A stretch of DNA of 59,150 nt, filler included, from Sphacelaria rigidula (lineage: Eukaryota): NCBI GenBank assembly GCA_964200075.2. It is 6 parts of 6 records of this genome, joined end to end, with 100 filler letters (N's around TTAATTAATTAA, not from the genome) between each part and the next. Parts side by side here need not be neighbours in the genome. Positions count along the whole stretch, not along the records: positions 49,377 to 59,150 come from CAXNAA020007792.1; 5 more parts are not named here. The stretch is one strand, 5' to 3'. A program made the translations under genes and the position numbers. Positions 52,191 through 59,150 of this stretch are shown in pieces (the stretch's first letter is position 1; every line of letters starts with the position of its first letter). Under the pieces are notes generated by a model that did no database searches, was not told the origin of the DNA, and was given only the letters and a program-made list of their open reading frames with translations.

Positions 52191-55100
52191 TGTGACGAAA
52201 TTGCGCAATTACGTCGAGTTGGTAGTGCTGATCTGGATAATGACCAGGGACACGGAGATTCTAGAGGATTCTGGGAGGATTCTGGATATTAACCGGGGAC
52301 ATGGGGATGAAACCTTGACGGATCTATGAGGCTGTGACTGCAAAGGCACTCCGGATCATGAGATGCTGTAAAGGCTGACAACTGAAACTGAGGTCAGTGA
52401 AACCGGGAGTCCCCCAAACAGCAGTGATCCCGCAGTTCTTCTTCTGGCTGGCGTCAAAATATCGATACCAGTGCTAGTACCTAACGGAACCTGCCGGAAG
52501 AATTTCGACGGGAGAGCCAGGGAGCCGGGGACAACCTGATTCACCACGGACGCGTGGACAGGGTTCAAGCTGAGGTAGCTGTTGAAAGGTGGCGACGCAG
52601 GAAGAGTGAAGAGTGCGGTTCGCGACAGCCCGCTGGCCTCCGAAAGGTTCGCAGGTAGCCGACTACTGCATGGCGACCGGCTCGCGTGCGGCGTCCAGCG
52701 TGACGCCCGTGGTTATGCGGGGAGAGTTACGACCTCCCCGATATGGGATAGGTACTTCGAGAGTGCTTCTTGCTTTTTCCACACCAAGTACTCGGAGTAC
52801 AAGAAGCGTTGTGCGCACGCTAACGCAGGAGGTGCTGTGCGGCATCAGGTGGTTTCGATGGCTCAACAAGTGCCAACGCATGTGCAGAGAGTTTTTGCTC
52901 GTGGGGAACATGATGAGAGCGCAGCCACCCCGCCGCAAATAGTTGCAGCGATCATAAAGCATGCTGGGCATGCGGCGGGCGCCAAGGTGGAGCTGATCTA
53001 AGCTTCCGCGGCCGTAACGAAAGCTGTCGCCATGGATTCTCGGAGAAAGACGGTGCTAGAGCGGGTACAGCCAATCTTGTCAAACCTGGAGAAGTACTTC
53101 ACGGAAATCCGAACGTTGAACTGGTATATCGTTCCCCCGATGGTGAGTTAATTGCCGGCCCTGCTGCAGTAATCACCAAGGCTTTGCTGGAGGGGTTGGC
53201 GCCGGCAGACTTCACGCAGGCCGTGCTCGTTGAGTTGCAACACGAGACCAACTGGAAGAACAACCCCTACCGCGTAATGGACACCGTCGTGGCCAAGGCC
53301 GAGTACTGGCGGAAAATAGAGGTCTTCAGCCAGTCGTCCACCCTCACGCCGAAGTCTTTGCGTCACCATGGCTTGAAATCGCCCGGCCGCGCCGCGACTA
53401 TCACTTGCCGCCGCTGTGGCCAGGTTGGCCACTACGCGCGTGATTGCCCAACGTCTTCCGGTGGGGAGTCTGGGTAGTCTCATGCCGCGCGCTATCAGCA
53501 TCGTGAGCACGAGGGCAAAGGACGAGGTGATCGGGATGGTGGCCGAGGCGGATCCTCCGGCGGTGGAGGGTCGCAGTCAAGCCCTCAGCAGCAGCAGTAA
53601 CCGCAGCAGGGGCAGCAGCGTCAGCATGGGTCTGCTTCTAGGTCCGGCGGCGCCGTAGATGCTGCTGTTCCGGAACGGGCGGTGCAGGTAGCACCGACTT
53701 CCACAGTGTCGAACACTGTGCCGGCGCCGGTGATGGCGCGGGTGGCGACGCCAGCAGCAGCGCCAGACGCGACGCCTGCTGATGCGCTGTCGGAGTTTCT
53801 CCAAATTCTTGGTCTGCTGGCGGGGGGTTGTACCCACCGGCGGTGCGTTTTGAACCAGCCGGGCCGTCTTCGCCTGCGCAACCTACGCAGCCGTGACGTC
53901 AAGTGGGATTAGCGGCGCATCGATCGGCGGATGAAGTGCCAGTGGAGTATGCGTACAAGTACCTTCCTGCGGAGCTGTGTCTCCCAAATCAACGGCAGCG
54001 ATGAGCCATTGCACTTCGAGCAGTGTCGGACCCTGGCGCCCACTTCACGAGTCTGTCGGTGCAGATTTTAGAGATGTTGGAGCGTCTTCTCCCGGGTGTG
54101 CGGCTGCGCATCCCGTTTTCGCTCGGGGCGCGGCAGGCAGTCACCGCGTCGGGTCAGCATGCTTTCGTCACGGAGCATACTGTTCCGCTGCAGCTGGCCC
54201 TCACGACTTCCTGGGGGCCGGCGCCGTTGCCTCCGACCTCGTTTGCGATCATGCTGGGGTCGGATGGCGTTGTTCTCCTGGGGTGGCCGACGCTTCAGGG
54301 TCTAGGAGTCGACCCGTATGCGTGATCGAAGAACTCCATCAAGGCGCAGCTGTCTCCGCCTGGTCCGCGCGGTGAGACGCCCGCCTTTCTGGGCAGTCAT
54401 CGCGTGAGCTTGTCGGTGGATGATTTTCAGGAGGCTGGGGGACAGATAACCGAGGAGCGTGATGCGGCGGTGGAGCACAACCCGGGAATGTTCATGGATC
54501 CGGCGGAAGAGGAGTCCGCTCGGAGGTCGCGCTGTAGGAAAGCGTGACGGATGCTATGACGGAAGAGCTCAGCGTCTCAGAAGCTGAGCGCCTGCGCGAC
54601 ATCTTGCACCGCCGCGCCAACCCGTTTCGTCGTGCGCTGCGGGGTGATCCCTCTGCGCGCGTGGAGCCCATGCGTGTTCAGCTGAAACCTGGGGTGTCCG
54701 CGGTGAAGACGAAGCCACGGCGGTACGACCCGATGAAGTCGAGCTGGCTGGCGTCGTGCACGGCGGCTCTTTTGACGCTTGGGTTGGTAGTCCGAAACCT
54801 GCAGGCAGTATGGTCCAGTCCGGCGATGGCGGTTCGCAAGAAAGACTCGTTTCGTCTGGTAAGTGACTATAAGCCGGTAAATCATCAGGTTGAGAAGTCG
54901 CCGGGTGTGATACCCAATCAAGAGTCGGACATGCGTGATCTGCTGAGTGCTCGTTTTTTTGGCAAGTTGGACCTCCTCCAAGGTTATTGGCAGATGCCGT
55001 TGGCGGAGGAGGCGCAGGAGATTTTTACAATCACGACCCCGTTAGGCTTGTTTACCCCGAAGCGAGTGCCGCAAGGCGTGCTGAATGCCACGGCATATTT

Positions 55101-57957
55101 TCAAGGCATCATGACACAACTGCTTGTCGGCTTGAAATGCAAGATATGGGTGGATGATGTGTTTTTTTTCGCGGACACGGAAGACGAACTTTTAGACACG
55201 CTTGATGATATCTTGACTCGCTTAGAGAGTGTTGGTTTCTTTGCGGCGGCGCACGAATGAAATTTTTTCTCTAGTGAACTTGTGTAGTGTGGGAAAGTGT
55301 ACTCACACGGACGCGCATCCCATGACCCTGTCAGATTGCAAGGCTTGCCTGACATGCGGCGCTCGGGTACGACCGCAGAACTCATGCAATTCCTTCAGGC
55401 CGTGAATTAGCTGCGTACGTTATTGCCGCGTATGCCAGAAACCGTAGCTCCCTTGCGCTTTTTTCTTGAAGAGCTCATGGTGGGTGCTGGGAGGCGGACG
55501 AAGCGCGTTGCAAAAAACCGCGCTATTCCGCCGGCATCGTGGACGGAGGGCAGGCTGCAGGCGTGGGCGGCAGCGAAGGATCTGGTGGCCCATGCCGTGA
55601 CGCTGCTTCATCCTCGTCTTGATTGCCTGTTGTTGATGTTTCCGGGTGCTTCTGAGTGCCATTGGGGTAGTTTTGTGACGCAGGTGCCTAAAGCTGAAAT
55701 GCAAAGACACTTGCTGCTCGAGGATATGACGCATGAACGTCTGGTTTTCCTCAGTGGTAATTTCAAGGATTAGCAGTTGCGTTGGGCCATAATTGACAAG
55801 TAAGGTCATGCTATCGTGAGCACGTTTCGTTGTTTGGAGCATATTTTGTGGGATGGCGTGCACATTTTCACGAATCACCGAAATCTCGTGTGTATTTCAA
55901 CCCGGAAGCGTGCATTACGTCTATGTCGAAGGCGTTGGCACAACGTTTGGAAGGTTGGAAAGGTGCTCTTGGCCAGTATCGTTACTCGATTTTCCGTATT
56001 TCGGGTGACCGTAACGCGTAGGGTGACTTGCTTTCTCGTTGGGTGCATATTCCGGGTTTGCCTGTGCGCGCTGTGGCTGTGTATGGTCCGTGTGAACCTA
56101 ATGACTCGATGCCATCCGAATCGGGTGTCCGCCAAGCGTCACGGAAAGACCTTGGGGCCGAAGACGCGGACGTGCAATCTTTCGAGTCGAACGTTAGTTC
56201 TGCTATCTTAGAGAATGAAGGTATGTTTCGTGCGCATGTGCGTGGCCGAAACGTTATGTGGATTCCAAGCTCTGACAAGCAGTTGCAGGTACGTCTGATG
56301 ATTTGCGCGCACATGCGCGACGCCGGGCATCGTGGTGTGGCTGCGACGCTCGTGCGCTTGCAAGAGGTGTGTGTCTAGCAAGGAATAGAAACTCATGTGC
56401 GCGAATTTGTCCGCCAGTGTCTTCACTGTGCTGACTTGAGGGCGGGAGATGTTGTTCCCCGCCCGCTCGGTGAAATGGTTCATGGGACCATACCGAATGA
56501 AGTCGTTCATTTTGACTTCTTGTACGTGGGCGAGAATGGCCCGCTAGCTTCCCAAGGTTTGTCGGAGGATGCTGGGTTTCGATGCATTTTGGTAATCGTG
56601 GATGATTTGAGCAACTTCGTGTCTCTGGAACCAGTAGCAGTGTGTACTGCTAAATCGACTGCTGCATCTCTGCTGGATTAGTGCAAAACTTTAGGGGTGC
56701 CGCGTGTGTGGGTGAGTGACACCGCCACGCACTTCAAGAATGCGATCTTGGCCCGATTGCGAGAGGCTTTGCACGTTGATCACCGGCTTGCGGTGGCTTA
56801 TTCTCCGTAGTCTAACTGCACGTACGAACGTATGGTCAAGGAAGTAGTTCGTGCTCTTCGCTCTATTCTTCTCGAGCAGCGGAGGGCGGTTTCCGAGTGG
56901 GTGGACGTGTTGCCGGCGGTGCAATGGGCGCTCAATACAGTGTATCGTCGTCGTTACGATAGCACGCCGTACTACGTGATGTTTGGTCGTGCTCCCCGGA
57001 CGTCTTTCTCAGTGCTGGCGTCTTCGTCGGCGGGGGAGTGGAAGTGTGATGTTCTGGACGATGTTTAAGTTAAGAGTGCATTGCGAGGAGTCTTGGACTT
57101 GCAAAAACGTTTCCACGTTCAAGTGCAGGAACGTGTTGCCGCTGAACGTGCGCGCAGACGCGAGGGGTCCTCGTCGGGGCTGGAATTGCCGCATTTCGAG
57201 GTAGGCGACCATGTCTGGAATGCACGCGTGCGTCGTCCGGGTGTTACGCCCAAGTTGATGACGACGTGGACTGGTCCATGGAGAGTGGTTGGTGCTCACC
57301 ACCCGCACGTGTTTGAGATTCAGAACATTGTTTCGGGTCGTGTTCAGACCGCCCATGTAGCTCGTTTGAGATTTTATGCAGACTCGCAGCTTAATGCCAC
57401 GGCTGACGTTCAGGACGTGTTCCAGCACGCTTCAATGAGGGGCAATTTCAAATGGCTGGTATTGTCCGAGTGGCAGAAGCAGGCAATCGTTCGTTGAGCG
57501 TGGGAACCTTTCAAGGATATTTTCTGAGGCCGCTCCGGGATTTCTTACGAAGGAGTTGCATAAATTTTGCATGACTCGTGCCGTTGCTGCTCGCATTTCG
57601 AGTGAGTTTGGTATTCAATCGTGCCTTACTCATCGTTTTGGCGTTTTCTATGTGTCAAGCTTGTTGATCGATTTTCGTCCAACGCCCTTTGGGGATACTG
57701 TGACGAATAAACGCCATTGCGTTGAGTTGGTGGTGATGATCTGGATAATGACCGGGGGCACGGGGATTCTGGAGGTTTCTGGATGATGACCGGGAACACG
57801 GAAATGGTATCTGCGGGTCTAGAAAAGCTGGTGCTTCGGAAGATCACTTCATGATAATGATATGTTGTGGAGGCTTACAACTGAAAGTGAGGCCAGTGAG
57901 ACTGGGGAGTCCCTCGACAGCAGTGATTCACCGGTCGTTCTTTTGGCTGGCATCACA
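52191..57957 (+). mobile_element. Near full-length degenerate Ty3/Gypsy LTR retrotransposon
   Basis: LTRs at 52191-52457 and 57699-57957. Gag with CRRCGQVGHYARDC, a protease region, RT 54544-55260 (LDLLQGYWQ, VPQG, WVDD), RNase H and integrase (H-H-C-C, VHFDF, WTGPW), in Gypsy order. Many stops and frameshifts. Confidence 0.95.
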
Positions 57958-58340
57958 CTCCTCAGTATTCAACCTTCGCGCTCAATCAAGCAGTCTCACC
58001 GATGTCAGACTTCCTTACTTGGAGTGGGGTGTGGTGTGACAGGAAGGGTGACCTTCAGCATCACTATCCTTGCTATATACAAGTTCACACTTGTATCTGA
58101 CCAACTTTAAACAGACCTGCAGTATTCAAATAGCCTGGAATGAAATGAAGTCGGACTCATCGACGGGTCTGAGGCAGCATGGCAACAGGTTCATATGCTC
58201 CTCATGACAACATGCCGACCCCAGAAAAGTTTGGTATTGCTGTTCGATGGTATCTTCGGATGTTTAACTGGACTCGAAGCGGCCACCTTCCCTCAGGGTT
58301 TGAGAGTCGTTTGAATTGTGTGGATGCAGTTCATAAAAAT
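57958..58340 (+). pseudogene. Possible decayed FNIP/LRR-repeat gene interrupted by the Gypsy element
   Basis: Reading across the insertion gives FNVP|LLSIQPSRSIKQ. Downstream 'NFKQ' and 'ATFPQGLR' resemble FNxxL..v.xP.sL units. The match is weak. Confidence 0.3.
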
Positions 58341-59150
58341 CAAACCCTCTAGCTTTCACAGGTGTCGCGACTTCGGTGCAGTTTGTTACCATGCCCACGT
58401 CTGAGCAGAGGGGCAAACCCTAATAGAGCAACGAAAGGTAGCTATGATCCGGTTCGCCTGCCGTACTGCCGACAGCGTCGCGTGAAAGCCACAAGACCCT
58501 TGCTGTCGGCCGTTGATGGCGTGGGTCTCGAATGCAACGACATGCTGTTGATCGTAGAGCACTCTCATATCTCCTCCCAACGTGTAATGATCCATGACAT
58601 CCTGATATCGGAATAATTATTACTTATAGGAAGCTACTACTCGTACTGTACCGAGCTGTTCACGCGACCAGCGTGTGGTGCAGATTGCCTATGCGCCACG
58701 CTAGCAACAGTCAGGTCACCACCATAGGTATCTTTTTCCACTCCGCATATCAAAACGGTTTCTACAAGTGTTTGATCTCCCATACACCCCCCTCAACTGG
58801 CGTGTGGCACGCCCTTCTGCTTGGCCACCCGGTTGGGGGAAGGTCGGCGAAAATCAACGATGAATAACACCCCCTAAGTTAAAATTGGATATATCTGTTA
58901 TTGCCGCAGCACCGCCCTTGCTGGCATGTGTGTGACACAGAACAATAGTAGCGGTGACGGGAACATTGCCTTATTATTTCAACAACATGTTTTTCAGCGC
59001 ACAGAGGCGCGTCCTGTCCAAAAGGAGAGGCAGAGAGAAAAAGATCTTCGCGTTGGCGACAGTCAAGAAGAGACGACGGAATCTCTCCGCACGTCGATGT
59101 TCTGGCACATGAAAAATTTGGCACATGCTGGTAAGATCGATGATGTCAGT

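Overview
This is not one locus. The window is six unrelated eukaryotic contigs (1-9777, 9878-19653, 19754-29528, 29629-39402, 39503-49276, 49377-59150; 9777, 9776, 9775, 9774, 9774 and 9774 bp, i.e. size-sorted), joined by artificial 100-bp linkers (N44-TTAATTAATTAA-N44). Short exons, long TE-filled GT-AG introns and the TE and gene content suggest a brown alga (Phaeophyceae); this is an inference. Four partial spliced genes are supportable: a ZupT/ZIP metal transporter, an At4g14100-like protein, a six-exon protein with galactose-binding-like modules followed by a pectin-lyase-type beta-helix start, and the last exon of a DUF1295 protein. Most of the rest is decayed transposon: one Ty3/Gypsy family in several copies, a short LTR element with no recognisable gag/pol, RTE-like and other LINEs, Tc1/mariner- and hAT-type MITEs, tRNA-derived repeats and microsatellites. 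The least explained sequence is at 14.2-16.8 kb: a degenerate 42-bp array, a ~700-bp nested palindrome built from back-to-back tRNA-like Pol III heads, and two further hairpins. No novel system is proven from sequence alone; these are candidates to test.
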